Source of the DNA: a virus
Lineage: Duplodnaviria; Caudoviricetes
Virus record (IMG/VR): IMGVR_UViG_3300025389_000068
Coordinates: 1-32,024 of that record
Reading direction: 5' to 3' (one strand)
Length of the DNA stretch: 32,024 nucleotides
Shown here: positions 22,787-31,788 of the stretch, one piece after another
How positions within the stretch are numbered: position 1 is the first letter of the stretch
Layout: every line of letters begins with the position of its first letter
Made by a program: the position numbers and the translations under genes
The notes under the pieces: generated by a model
What the model saw: the letters and a program-made list of their open reading frames with translations, nothing else
The model's database searches: none
Told to the model about the DNA's origin: nothing

Positions 22787-23887
22787 TTAAAGCCCTGCCA
22801 GGCGTTTGATATCAATAACGTTATCACGTTGATCCATATCTACTTCTTGTTTAACGGCAGATTTATCACCAGTTACTTCTTTAATGCTTTCGTTGATCAT
22901 AGTCTTGGTAGACTTTTTCTCAACTCCAGAATTTAATACTGCTGGTAGATACTTATCAAAAGTGGCTTGCAGTTTTGGTGTTTGCACACTTTCTAGTAAG
23001 TTCTTCATTACGGAAGCTTTCTCATTGTTTAATGGAGCAAGTAACTCGCTCATCATTTTTTCACGCTGATTAGATTCTTTAATAATACGAACTTCACGTT
23101 CCTTTGATTCAACTAACTTTTTAGTGTCGTTGATTTGTTTTTGTGATTCGGCTAGTTGTTGTTCCTTTTCTTCTAAGGCTTGCATTAACTTGCGTGTTTC
23201 AGCTTTATCATTTAAATGAGTAACTGAAAACTCGCTTGCAAAGCTTTCAAAGATACGGCGACCAAAATTGTTCTCACGAGCAACTTTGATGTCTTCTTTC
23301 AACTGTCCTAATTCACCCTTAAGATGTTTAGTTACGACTGCATTCAATTTTCCTGCACTTTCACTCACAAAACGTGACTTCAATGATTCTAATTGTTTAC
23401 GGCCTTCAGCAACCAACTTAACTTTTGCTTCAACTACAGCTTTCTTGTCTTGTGAGAATTCTTTGATTTCACGAGCCAATGCATGAACAATAAATTGCTC
23501 TAGCTTTTGCTGACTTTCCATTTGTAGTTTGCGTTCACTGCGTAATTCTTTGATTTCTTCAGCTAGTTTAGTAACCATGAAATCATTGAACTTAGTTGCG
23601 TTTTCACGCAATTTCATTTTAGCTTGTACGCGGTCTTCGTTCATTGCTTGTCTTTCAACATGAAATTCTTCAATTTCAGTTGTTAGACCTTCTGTAACCA
23701 TTTTATCAAGGGCTTCAACCATCACGATTCTGTCATGTTCATAACGTTGTGCGAATTCCTCACGCAATTCAACACGTACTTGCTCTTTAGCCTCATTCAA
23801 CTTAGACTCCCAGGCTTCGTTTAATTCGCGCCCTACATCTTCGTTGATAAGTCCACTTTCAAGTAATGGCTTGATAGCATCAAACAT
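22787..23887 (-). CDS. gp22: Prohead core scaffold protein (gp22-like)
   Basis: Glu/Lys-rich coiled coil lying between the protease and capsid genes, as in T4. Confidence 0.8.
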   Translation of the reverse strand: MFDAIKPLLESGLINEDVGRELNEAWESKLNEAKEQVRVELREEFAQRYEHDRIVMVEALDKMVTEGLTTEIEEFHVERQAMNEDRVQAKMKLRENATKFNDFMVTKLAEEIKELRSERKLQMESQQKLEQFIVHALAREIKEFSQDKKAVVEAKVKLVAEGRKQLESLKSRFVSESAGKLNAVVTKHLKGELGQLKEDIKVARENNFGRRIFESFASEFSVTHLNDKAETRKLMQALEEKEQQLAESQKQINDTKKLVESKEREVRIIKESNQREKMMSELLAPLNNEKASVMKNLLESVQTPKLQATFDKYLPAVLNSGVEKKSTKTMINESIKEVTGDKSAVKQEVDMDQRDNVIDIKRLAGL

Positions 23888-23899
23888 GCTGTTTCCCCT

Positions 23900-24535
23900 T
23901 TATTTAATTTTGAGATCCTTGATCAGACGAAGGACTTCGCCTTTCAAGTATGTCTCTACTTTTTTGTTGCCTTGAGCATCTTTTGCAATATCTAACAACT
24001 TATGACCATGACGCATATTCATCATGCCTTCATATATTGCTTTAGGGTATGCATTAGGTGCACTTGGTTGTGCAACAATATCCACAGTGACTATTTCAAA
24101 GTCACTTACTTTGCCGTTCATGTCGTCCACGTTACCGCTACCACGACTTGAAACGCCGAGTTTCACTCCACTCTCCAACATGGTAGTTACTAACTGACCC
24201 ATTGGAGTTGGTAAAATCTTTAATTTGCCGAAGCCATTAGCGCCATCCATCCACATTTGAGTAATCATATGTGATACACGGTCTAAATTAATCTTTAAAT
24301 CATCTGGGTGATCTACTTCACCTAAAACTGAGTAGCCACCTGTAATTTGTTCATTAAGAGTTTTTACAGCAGATTCTATTTCAGAAACGGGATAAACACG
24401 CTCATTAGCGTTCTTTACCCCACCCTGAATGAAAATACCCTTCATGTAAAGGGATTTTCCTTTGCCTTCACCTTCACTTTCGACCACCATTCCGGCACGG
24501 TCGAAAGTTAGATGCTCTTTGAGATACAAAGCCAT
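23900..24535 (-). CDS. gp21: Prohead core protease (gp21-like)
   Basis: GIFIQGGVKNANERVY, GEVDHP, LGVSSRGSG and DIVAQPSAPNAYP motifs. Confidence 0.95.
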   Translation of the reverse strand: MALYLKEHLTFDRAGMVVESEGEGKGKSLYMKGIFIQGGVKNANERVYPVSEIESAVKTLNEQITGGYSVLGEVDHPDDLKINLDRVSHMITQMWMDGANGFGKLKILPTPMGQLVTTMLESGVKLGVSSRGSGNVDDMNGKVSDFEIVTVDIVAQPSAPNAYPKAIYEGMMNMRHGHKLLDIAKDAQGNKKVETYLKGEVLRLIKDLKIK

Positions 24536-24549
24536 TTCTCTCAGATTCC

Positions 24550-25365
24550 TTAGATGCGCTTCTTAGCTGTCTTGCGTGACTCAGCTACTGGGCTTTTTGT
24601 ACCAGATGCTGCATCTTTTGTTACTGGCTTAGGAGTACTTTCTAAGTCAGCATTGTTTTGTGCAGGAGCATTTTTCCACTTGTTAGCGTCTTTTACTTGA
24701 GTTTCGCCCTTTGAGTAAAAGTTGCTAGGTCCTTTTGGACTTGTTGGAACTGTCTCGCTTGAACCGCTGAATTTTACTGGCTTGCTATCCATACCAGCTT
24801 GTCCGCTATTTGCTAAACTTGTGCTTTTTGTATTTTGGCCATTGTCACCATGCGTTACAGAAACTTTCTTTAGTGCGATTGCTTCCATCATAGCTTCTTC
24901 GCTATCTTCTTCGTCACCATAGTCTTCTTCGTCGCCTTCTTCGCCGTCTTCTTCTTCTTCGTCGCCGAAGTCTTCTTCGTCGCCTTCTTCACCTTCTTCG
25001 TGACCCATGATTTCTTCAAACTCAGCCATTAATTGGTCTAATTTGTCTTCAATACTAACTAGGCGTTCTTCTGTACCATCTTCGTCATCCATACCATCTT
25101 CTGGCTCGATGTCAACGATATCATCATCGCCTTCGTCATCAAAATCGATTTCTTCTTCTTCGGTCATGCCTTCTTCTTCAGCACTGATTTCGTCCATCAT
25201 CTGCCCTACTTGGCCGCCCATGCCTTCTTCCATTTCGTCAGCCATCATGCTTTCATAGATTTCGCGGCTTTTCTCAACTACGATATCATGAAATAATGAG
25301 CGAGCTTGTTCTTCATTCTCATTGATAATTAAATCAATAAGTTGTTCAAATTTTTTGTTATCCAT
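24550..25365 (-). CDS. Highly acidic prohead core/internal protein (gp67/gp68 position)
   Basis: Asp/Glu-rich low-complexity middle, AGGAG SD, located between portal and protease. Confidence 0.65.
   Translation of the reverse strand: MDNKKFEQLIDLIINENEEQARSLFHDIVVEKSREIYESMMADEMEEGMGGQVGQMMDEISAEEEGMTEEEEIDFDDEGDDDIVDIEPEDGMDDEDGTEERLVSIEDKLDQLMAEFEEIMGHEEGEEGDEEDFGDEEEEDGEEGDEEDYGDEEDSEEAMMEAIALKKVSVTHGDNGQNTKSTSLANSGQAGMDSKPVKFSGSSETVPTSPKGPSNFYSKGETQVKDANKWKNAPAQNNADLESTPKPVTKDAASGTKSPVAESRKTAKKRI
24905..25000 (-). repeat. Acidic GDEED/E coding micro-repeats
   Basis: gtcttcttcgtcgccttcttc occurs twice among ttc/tcg triplet runs. Confidence 0.7.
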
Positions 25366-25396
25366 TGTGTATTCTCCTAAAAATGGCTTTGTATTA

Positions 25397-25404
25397 TATT
25401 TACA
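25397..25404 (-). promoter_or_regulatory. Possible late promoter TGTAAATA
   Basis: TAAATA core in the intergenic gap upstream of the 271-aa gene. Confidence 0.4.
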
Positions 25405-25468
25405 CTATATCAAGCCAAACAGCGTAATAAGTGCTGTTTTATTGAGTTTTTAGGAGAACTATAGAGAA

Positions 25469-25696
25469 TTATGCTGTGGGTCCTGCTTCTCCAGCAGTTT
25501 GACCATATTGTTGATGTACTTTTTTAAGATGTTTTTTGCGTTCAAAATTACGCACATCCATCATCTTACGCAGTTTACGAATCTGCTTTAATGTGAGTTT
25601 AGTTTTACGACTTTCTTTCCATTTAGGATGGCTATTATCAGAAGCAAGGTCCTGATAACCGGGGATTGCAGCATCAAACATTTCTAGTAGTCGCAT
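25469..25696 (-). CDS. Small basic head-assembly protein, 75 aa
   Basis: Directly follows the portal gene; basic RKTKLTLKQIRKLRKM helix; GATAAATA at 25704-25711 upstream. Confidence 0.7.
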   Translation of the reverse strand: MRLLEMFDAAIPGYQDLASDNSHPKWKESRKTKLTLKQIRKLRKMMDVRNFERKKHLKKVHQQYGQTAGEAGPTA

Positions 25697-25711
25697 AGTA
25701 TATTATTTATC

Positions 25712-27502
25712 TTACATTGCATTACCTGCGGGTGCAGGTGTTCCACCTGGCATATTACCAGCTTGTCCACCAACAACTGGTCCTGCAACTTCAGGGCCTT
25801 CAGGATTTTCTTCAGGTTGATTTTCAATAGTATCAGCAGTTTCTAAGTCAGCGTTTAAGTCACCTGCACTTACACCAATATTACGCAAATCACTTCCCGT
25901 AGGTTCAATGTCTTCATCCTTATTATGTTCTTCACGCCACATTTTTTCATTCTTGGTAATTTCTTCTTCAGTTAATCCCAAGAATCTTTCTAATGCAAAG
26001 CGTTTACTTATATAGGGAAATGCTTCCATAGAGGAAAATGTATTTACTCGTGTAGTATCTAGTTCACTTTGGCGATAAGCAGCAAAGTTTTGCGGTGGGT
26101 TGAATTCTAATGTGAACAATCCACTGTCAATGTTGAATCCTCTCCAACGCAAGAATAATTTAAATTCTTCGTCTAATTTTTGACTGATGTACTTTTGTAA
26201 CCGTTCACAATATTGATTGAAACGGAACTCTTGAATCATAGCAGTACCAACACGACCATCATTCATTGGTGTCGTGTTATCATCGGGACCTGTAGGTAGA
26301 TAACTACTAGGTACTCGCAAACCACGAGCCAAACGATTATTAAAGTACTTTAAGTCATCTATTTCGCCTAGATTTTGACCACCAGGTAACACTTCAACAC
26401 TAGATCCACGACCATCAGCAGTAACTGGGAAGAAGTAATCTTCGTTCATTGATAACGGATTATAACTAGCATCAACTATTGCTGAACCGCCATTTGTTGA
26501 TGGAATGCGTCTTTGGTGAATTTCATTCTTAATCCGTTCTACAAATGCCATAGCTAAGTGACTTGGCATATTACCAACATCAATTTTAAACATTCTACGC
26601 TCAGGTGCTCGTTGAACACGGTAAATAAGAACCGCATCTTCTAATAATTCTTTTTGCTTGTAAACTTTAAAGATATTTTCTAAAATACTTTGTCCGAAAG
26701 GCCAGAACCTATCTAATCCTTCTGTCAAACTTAAATGCACAACATGTTTAGCGTCAATTGCACTTTCGCTTTGTCCTAGTGTAAAACGACTACCTGTAGT
26801 ATTGTATGGCATACTAGGTACAGTATAGCCATTAGTGTTAGACCCACCACCTGTGCCACCAAGACCAGTTGCTGGGTTAGCCGCAAAGTCTGTATTTGTT
26901 TTCTGTGCTACAGTAAGATTCTGTAAGTTAATGTTAATATCTTTGATGACATACTGTTCCGGTAACTTACCTTCACTCTCGTTAACAATAACTTTGATAA
27001 CTTTGGTCATATCAATCCAGAATAATTTAAATGTTTCTGGATCACGCACAAAAACTTGATCTCCATACTTAACTACATTGCGAAAGATTTTAAATGTTCT
27101 TGTACCAAATTCATTTAACTTGCACCACTGTTGTAACTGTGTTTTTAATAGTTCTACTTCATGTGGGGTAGGGTCTTCAGTGAATTCTAAATTAAATGGT
27201 GTGTTATTATGTTCATTTTTCTGTGTACTGAATTCTGCTAATATGTCTAAACATGCATTGATTTCAGCATCAACATCCATCATTTCATACTGATTATAGC
27301 GTTCAATACGGTTTGGGTGACCTGTATAGACTTCAGGAAGTCTACTCATGTAGTTTTTGTAACCCATTTCAGCGTTATTCCAACCGCCAGTTGGTTGACC
27401 GTTTTGTCCAGGACTACCATTCCATGCGCCAGTGTTGCTATTGCCACCGGCTATTGGACTTGATATACCTGATTTATTAGTAAAGCGTTTTTTATATGAC
27501 AT
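25712..27502 (-). CDS. gp20: Portal vertex protein (gp20-like)
   Basis: LLEDAVLIYRVQRAPERRMFKIDVGNMP, MNEDYFFP, LPGGQNLGEIDDLKYF and LRVPSSYL motifs; GCTAAATA at 27521-27528 upstream. Confidence 0.96.
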   Translation of the reverse strand: MSYKKRFTNKSGISSPIAGGNSNTGAWNGSPGQNGQPTGGWNNAEMGYKNYMSRLPEVYTGHPNRIERYNQYEMMDVDAEINACLDILAEFSTQKNEHNNTPFNLEFTEDPTPHEVELLKTQLQQWCKLNEFGTRTFKIFRNVVKYGDQVFVRDPETFKLFWIDMTKVIKVIVNESEGKLPEQYVIKDININLQNLTVAQKTNTDFAANPATGLGGTGGGSNTNGYTVPSMPYNTTGSRFTLGQSESAIDAKHVVHLSLTEGLDRFWPFGQSILENIFKVYKQKELLEDAVLIYRVQRAPERRMFKIDVGNMPSHLAMAFVERIKNEIHQRRIPSTNGGSAIVDASYNPLSMNEDYFFPVTADGRGSSVEVLPGGQNLGEIDDLKYFNNRLARGLRVPSSYLPTGPDDNTTPMNDGRVGTAMIQEFRFNQYCERLQKYISQKLDEEFKLFLRWRGFNIDSGLFTLEFNPPQNFAAYRQSELDTTRVNTFSSMEAFPYISKRFALERFLGLTEEEITKNEKMWREEHNKDEDIEPTGSDLRNIGVSAGDLNADLETADTIENQPEENPEGPEVAGPVVGGQAGNMPGGTPAPAGNAM

Positions 27503-27529
27503 ATGAAATAGATTGTTTAGTATTTAGCG

Positions 27530-30130
27530 TTAAGCCATAGCTTTGACTAATTTGTCGGCGTAATTATTGCCTTGATCTAATTTGTCAATCATTTCATCAA
27601 ATTTATCTTGCATCATAGCGAAAAGTTCTGTCATTGCACTCATGTCCATTGCCGAGTCTGCAGGTGTGTTACTAGATCCAAGTGCAGATTTTTCTATCCT
27701 ATCACTAGCATTCATTCTTTCTGATGGATTGTTTAATGGAACGATAGCTTCCTTACCGTGTAGTTCAACTTGATAACCAGATTTAGGACCACTGAACACG
27801 CCACCATCAAAAGCTTGTGGTGGTTTTATTTCACCATGGAAATGTCCAGCAGTTGCCTTTGAACTTGGATTATGATATTCATCTATTACCAAATCTAATC
27901 CAAGCCCACGCAATTGTTCAACAATTTTCTTACCTTCTTCAGGTGAGGGTTTTTTCGCAACAGTAAAATCAAATGCCAAACCTTGAGTATGTTTACTAGT
28001 TGGTGCGTTTTCGTGATGGTATTGATCATTAAATCCAGTAAATTGCGTAAATCCAGGAACTACCTGTTGTACCTTTTTTGCTATTTCAATTAATCTTGGA
28101 TCTACTGCACCACCTTCTGATTGTACATCCCCTTTTTTAAGTATCAATCCTGCATTCATTAATGCCTGAGTTGATTGATTTGGGGTAGCTGATTTAGGTT
28201 GAATGCCGCGACCAGGTGCACTTCCCAATCCAGGTTTCTGTCCAGGAGCTGTTTGAATGTCAGGGGATACTGTGGCATTAGTTCGTCCCGGTGCAGAACC
28301 TACTGCAGGTTTGACAGGAGTGACATCACTCTCGCCCATCATCTTTTTAGCTGCCTTCATCATAAGTTCAGCAGCTTCATAATTTTTGTTCATTATAGCA
28401 GTTTCTAACTTAATAGCCTCTGCTCGATTTTTTCGTTCAAGTTCAACTTGTTCTTTTGTAGCTTTATCTGTTACTTCTATATTTTTCTTTAAGTATTCAT
28501 CTAAACTCATGCCAGCAGCAGCTTTTTCTGCATTCTGTTGAGCTAATTTTGCATCTGCAATTGCGGCTGTATTACCAGTAACACCAGCAATTGGTCCAGT
28601 TATTTTAGTTGTACCTGCGAATCTTCTTTCTTGTTCATAAGCTTGGTTTACAGCCAATCCATATCGTTCAGCTTCTGTTCCTCTACCTGTTTTAGTAGCC
28701 TCTATTAATCCTCCTCTACCGCCATACATTTGTTGTGCTCTAGCAGTAGATGCGTCAGTGACACCGCCTGCAGCCATCAACTTAGCAAATGCACCGGCTT
28801 CTTCTTTCATACCAGCAGCCATCATTGTTGAAGCTGTTTCATAGGCTCGCTGTAATTCTTCTGCTTTAGCCGTGTTGCCACTTTCTTTTGCCTCAATCAT
28901 CGCGGCGCGTAACTCATTAATTCTCATTACCGCTTTTCTAGCATCTTCTTGTTCTTTGCGTGAAGCACCAGTTAATTCAGCTAACTTATCAAGTTCCATG
29001 ATATAGTTAGAAACACTCTTTGATTGATCACCTTGTATTTTTATACCAAATCTAGCTTGTTGTGCCATGAACTGCGCAGTATGGGCCATCTGTTCTTCTA
29101 CGCTTATTCCCATAGCTTCAAGTGTTTTACCTAAACCAGATTTCACTAATGAGCTAGCAGTCTCAGTAAACTGCTTAACACCGTCAACTGTTCCGGCACC
29201 AAACAATACTAAATTCTTTGTATTTTCTTGTAATACTTTACCAAACTTATCAAAATCTTTGATTGATAGACCAAATTTATGCAAATCTTCATATAATCCG
29301 GTCATTCCCTTAGCACCGGTTAATGAAGATGCTGATAATTTTTGAAAGTTAGCATATAATGTATCATTCAGTTGGGCACGCTTTAGCTCCATGTCAGCAT
29401 TGCGCTTTTCTCTCTCAGCTTCGGCCTTTGCAGCCATTCCAAATAATTTTAATAATCCTGCTACCGCTAATGTAAGTGCGGCAAGAGGAAGGTTAACTAA
29501 GGCTAATTGTAATCCGAATTGTGCAAGACCACCACCAATGCCACTCAATGATCCTCCAAAATCAGATAGTGCATTTGCTTGTTCTTTTAATTGTGTTACA
29601 ACTGCAATAGTTTGAACCGTTTGACCTCGTTGACCATCTAATAAAGCATCTTGACTTGCAAGCATGCCTTTGTATGTTCCCACGACCGATGCCTGTAGGT
29701 AATTAAATGCACTAGATAATGCAAGTAATCCACCTTCTTTGGCAAAATCTTTAATTTTATTATTAAACCCATCAACAGCATCAGATGATGCTCTATATGC
29801 TGCATCAGTTCTAGCAGCAGTGGCTTCTTGTGCTCTTAATGTTTTTTTATAACTTTCGGCTTCTTCTCTATTACGAACTTTACCAGATTCAATAAGTTTT
29901 TTATTTACTTCTTCTTCAACTTCAAGTCGTCTTTTAGTTTTTGCTGCTCTAGTATCTTCTAGATCATTATTGCTTTTTAGCGTAATCCCTAATTTATCAA
30001 ATTCAGATTTTAAATCACTGGTAAATTTCTTTGCTTCTTTTTCAGAATCCGTTAAGGCAGTGTTTGATGAATGAAGGGATTCAGTAAACGCTTTAAGTGC
30101 TTCGTTAAATTCTTTTTGATTGTCATCCAT
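27530..30130 (-). CDS. Tape-measure/baseplate-hub-like protein with a C-terminal LAS (M15-like) metallopeptidase
   Basis: Long Ala/Lys/Glu helical region with a hydrophobic segment; SKHTQGLAFD (H-x6-D) and GHFH (HxH) zinc ligands; AFDGG...HGKEAIVPL motif common at tape-measure C-termini. Confidence 0.7.
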   Translation of the reverse strand: MDDNQKEFNEALKAFTESLHSSNTALTDSEKEAKKFTSDLKSEFDKLGITLKSNNDLEDTRAAKTKRRLEVEEEVNKKLIESGKVRNREEAESYKKTLRAQEATAARTDAAYRASSDAVDGFNNKIKDFAKEGGLLALSSAFNYLQASVVGTYKGMLASQDALLDGQRGQTVQTIAVVTQLKEQANALSDFGGSLSGIGGGLAQFGLQLALVNLPLAALTLAVAGLLKLFGMAAKAEAEREKRNADMELKRAQLNDTLYANFQKLSASSLTGAKGMTGLYEDLHKFGLSIKDFDKFGKVLQENTKNLVLFGAGTVDGVKQFTETASSLVKSGLGKTLEAMGISVEEQMAHTAQFMAQQARFGIKIQGDQSKSVSNYIMELDKLAELTGASRKEQEDARKAVMRINELRAAMIEAKESGNTAKAEELQRAYETASTMMAAGMKEEAGAFAKLMAAGGVTDASTARAQQMYGGRGGLIEATKTGRGTEAERYGLAVNQAYEQERRFAGTTKITGPIAGVTGNTAAIADAKLAQQNAEKAAAGMSLDEYLKKNIEVTDKATKEQVELERKNRAEAIKLETAIMNKNYEAAELMMKAAKKMMGESDVTPVKPAVGSAPGRTNATVSPDIQTAPGQKPGLGSAPGRGIQPKSATPNQSTQALMNAGLILKKGDVQSEGGAVDPRLIEIAKKVQQVVPGFTQFTGFNDQYHHENAPTSKHTQGLAFDFTVAKKPSPEEGKKIVEQLRGLGLDLVIDEYHNPSSKATAGHFHGEIKPPQAFDGGVFSGPKSGYQVELHGKEAIVPLNNPSERMNASDRIEKSALGSSNTPADSAMDMSAMTELFAMMQDKFDEMIDKLDQGNNYADKLVKAMA

Positions 30131-30154
30131 TTAATTTTACCCGTAATTATAGCT

Positions 30155-30178
30155 AATAAATAGCATACTGTATTTAGC
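30155..30178. promoter_or_regulatory. Pair of oppositely oriented late-promoter-like boxes
   Basis: AATAAATA on plus (30155-30162) toward gp26 and GCTAAATA on minus (30171-30178) toward the tape-measure-like gene. Confidence 0.5.
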
Positions 30179-30212
30179 ATCACAAAAAACATATTTTTTT
30201 GGAGAATTTTTA

Positions 30213-31034
30213 ATGACTAACCCACTAAGACAATATTTCCGTAGACCAGCACTACATTTTACTTTACCTAGCAAGGGAAAGTTTTATCCCGAAGGCGCAA
30301 TTGACATGCCAGAAACAGGAGAATTACCTGTATACCCAATGACAGCAATTGATGAAATAACTAGTAAAACGCCCGATGCATTGTTTAATGGAAGTGCTGT
30401 TGTTGATATTATCAAAAGCTGTGTCCCTGCAATTAAGGATCCATGGAGTGTTCCTAGCACTGATTTAGATGCTATCTTAATTGTTATCCGTTCAGCAAGC
30501 AATGGTAATGATTTTGAAGTTAACTCTACATGCCCAGAATGTAATGAAATGGGGTCGTATAATCTAAATTTAATGGGATTACTATCATCAATTAAGGCAG
30601 ACGGATTTGATGAGATTTTAGATATGGGTGAGTTAAAGATTAGATTTAAACCACTAAGTTATCGTGAGGTAAACAAAGGAAACATAGTTCAATTTAATAT
30701 GCAACGAGAAATTGCAATGATTGAAGAAATGGAAGACCCAGAACAGCGTAGTATTAAATCAGCAGAAACTATGAAAAAATTAACTAAATTAAATGTTGAT
30801 TTTTTGACTAACACAATTGATTGTATTATTACTCCAAGTGAGATGGTTTCATCACCCCAACATATACATGAATATCTAGAAAACTGTGATAAGAGCACAC
30901 ATGATTTAATTCGTGAAAGAGTTGTGAAACTAAGAGATGGGTCGTCAATTAAACCGCAAAAGATTAAATGCGTTAATTGCGGACATGAATATGAACAAGC
31001 ACTAGCATTGAATGTAACTGATTTTTTCGCATAA
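30213..31034 (+). CDS. gp26: Baseplate hub assembly protein (T4 gp26-like)
   Basis: LPSKGKFY, PMTAIDEI, DLDAILIVIRSAS, two CxxC pairs (CPEC, CVNC) and a C-terminal DFFA; GGAG SD. Confidence 0.75.
   Translation: MTNPLRQYFRRPALHFTLPSKGKFYPEGAIDMPETGELPVYPMTAIDEITSKTPDALFNGSAVVDIIKSCVPAIKDPWSVPSTDLDAILIVIRSASNGNDFEVNSTCPECNEMGSYNLNLMGLLSSIKADGFDEILDMGELKIRFKPLSYREVNKGNIVQFNMQREIAMIEEMEDPEQRSIKSAETMKKLTKLNVDFLTNTIDCIITPSEMVSSPQHIHEYLENCDKSTHDLIRERVVKLRDGSSIKPQKIKCVNCGHEYEQALALNVTDFFA
31022..31028 (+). other. Candidate -1 programmed ribosomal frameshift site T TTT TTC
   Basis: X XXY YYZ heptamer in the gp26 frame one codon before the stop; the -1 frame is open from 31022 to 31258. Confidence 0.6.
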
Positions 31035-31081
31035 GGCTTCTAAATTTAGGACCTGACCAGATTCAGAAGCTATTAGATGAC

Positions 31082-31258
31082 ATGGAGCAGGAGTGCAAAA
31101 TTATTAAAAGTAATGCACTGAAATTTTCTTGGTACATGCGTGGTGGCGTATCCTATGAGGATGTATTGAACATGTCCAATGATGAAAGAGCGGCTATAAA
31201 CGCAATAGTAGAAGATAACCTAGAAACTACTAAAAAGACACAAATGCCATTCTTCTAA
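31082..31258 (+). CDS. gp51-like baseplate hub assembly chaperone, 58 aa from ATG (or C-terminal part of a frameshift fusion)
   Basis: MEQECKIIKSNALKFSWYMRGGVSYEDVLNMSNDERAAINAIVEDNLETTKKTQMPFF; the SYEDVLNMSxxER pattern and position after gp26 fit gp51. Below the ORF-track length cutoff. Confidence 0.7.
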   Translation: MEQECKIIKSNALKFSWYMRGGVSYEDVLNMSNDERAAINAIVEDNLETTKKTQMPFF

Positions 31259-31263
31259 TTATT

Positions 31264-31298
31264 CCCGTAACTATTCATTTATGCAAATTACGGGTTTT
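31264..31298 (+). terminator. Probable terminator after gp26/gp51
   Basis: CCCGTAA (31264-31270) pairs with TTACGGG (31288-31294), followed by TTTT; the loop is unusually long. Confidence 0.5.
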
Positions 31299-31306
31299 CT
31301 ATTTAG

Positions 31307-31770
31307 AGATGAGCTTACGCTCATCTAAGACCTCACTTCGTTCGGTCTTATTTTCTAGGATCATCTATTGTTTTAATTGTTCTTATTGTTTTCTAAGTTA
31401 TCTCTTTTAGGAATACTCTGCCGCTTTGAAGCCATGGTAGTGCTATTCAGCACTACCAATGGTTAAGGGATCTTGCCATGCCCGTCATCCGTTGTCATTT
31501 TTCTCCCGTATAATCGCCTATTTAATGACACTATACGCTACCGGTTGCTCTGTAAAGTTTATGGAGCTGTAGTTAGGCCTATCAATGTCTTTCAATTGAC
31601 GCCTACGCAACGCACATTCTATGACTCAAAAATGAAGTTGTCATAGACTTGTTGAGGGTTCGCTTTGCCGATTGCCCTCTCGGTATTCCCATAGTTATTA
31701 CTAACTATGCTTACTCCAGTTCCATCGGCTATCTTTCAAGCTTCTTCAAGGAGGTCCTGCAACCAGAACA
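31307..31770 (-). ncRNA. Unidentified large structured non-coding element (RNA and/or origin)
   Basis: No ORF of 60 aa or more; at least eight hairpins, two with GUAA (GNRA) loops on the minus strand, plus long-range complementary pairs. Strand is tentative. Confidence 0.55.
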
Positions 31771-31788
31771 ACAAATTTTTATTATATA

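Noticed and set aside
21670-30898. Short opposite-strand or overlapping ORFs within head, tape-measure and gp26 genes
   Set aside because: They overlap well-supported genes and lack recognisable motifs or initiation signals.
31410-31770. tmRNA, RNase P RNA, tRNA or group II intron identity for the structured element
   Set aside because: No tRNA-like ends, no GAGGAAAGTCC P4 motif, no recognisable domain V; an isolated GTGCG is insufficient.
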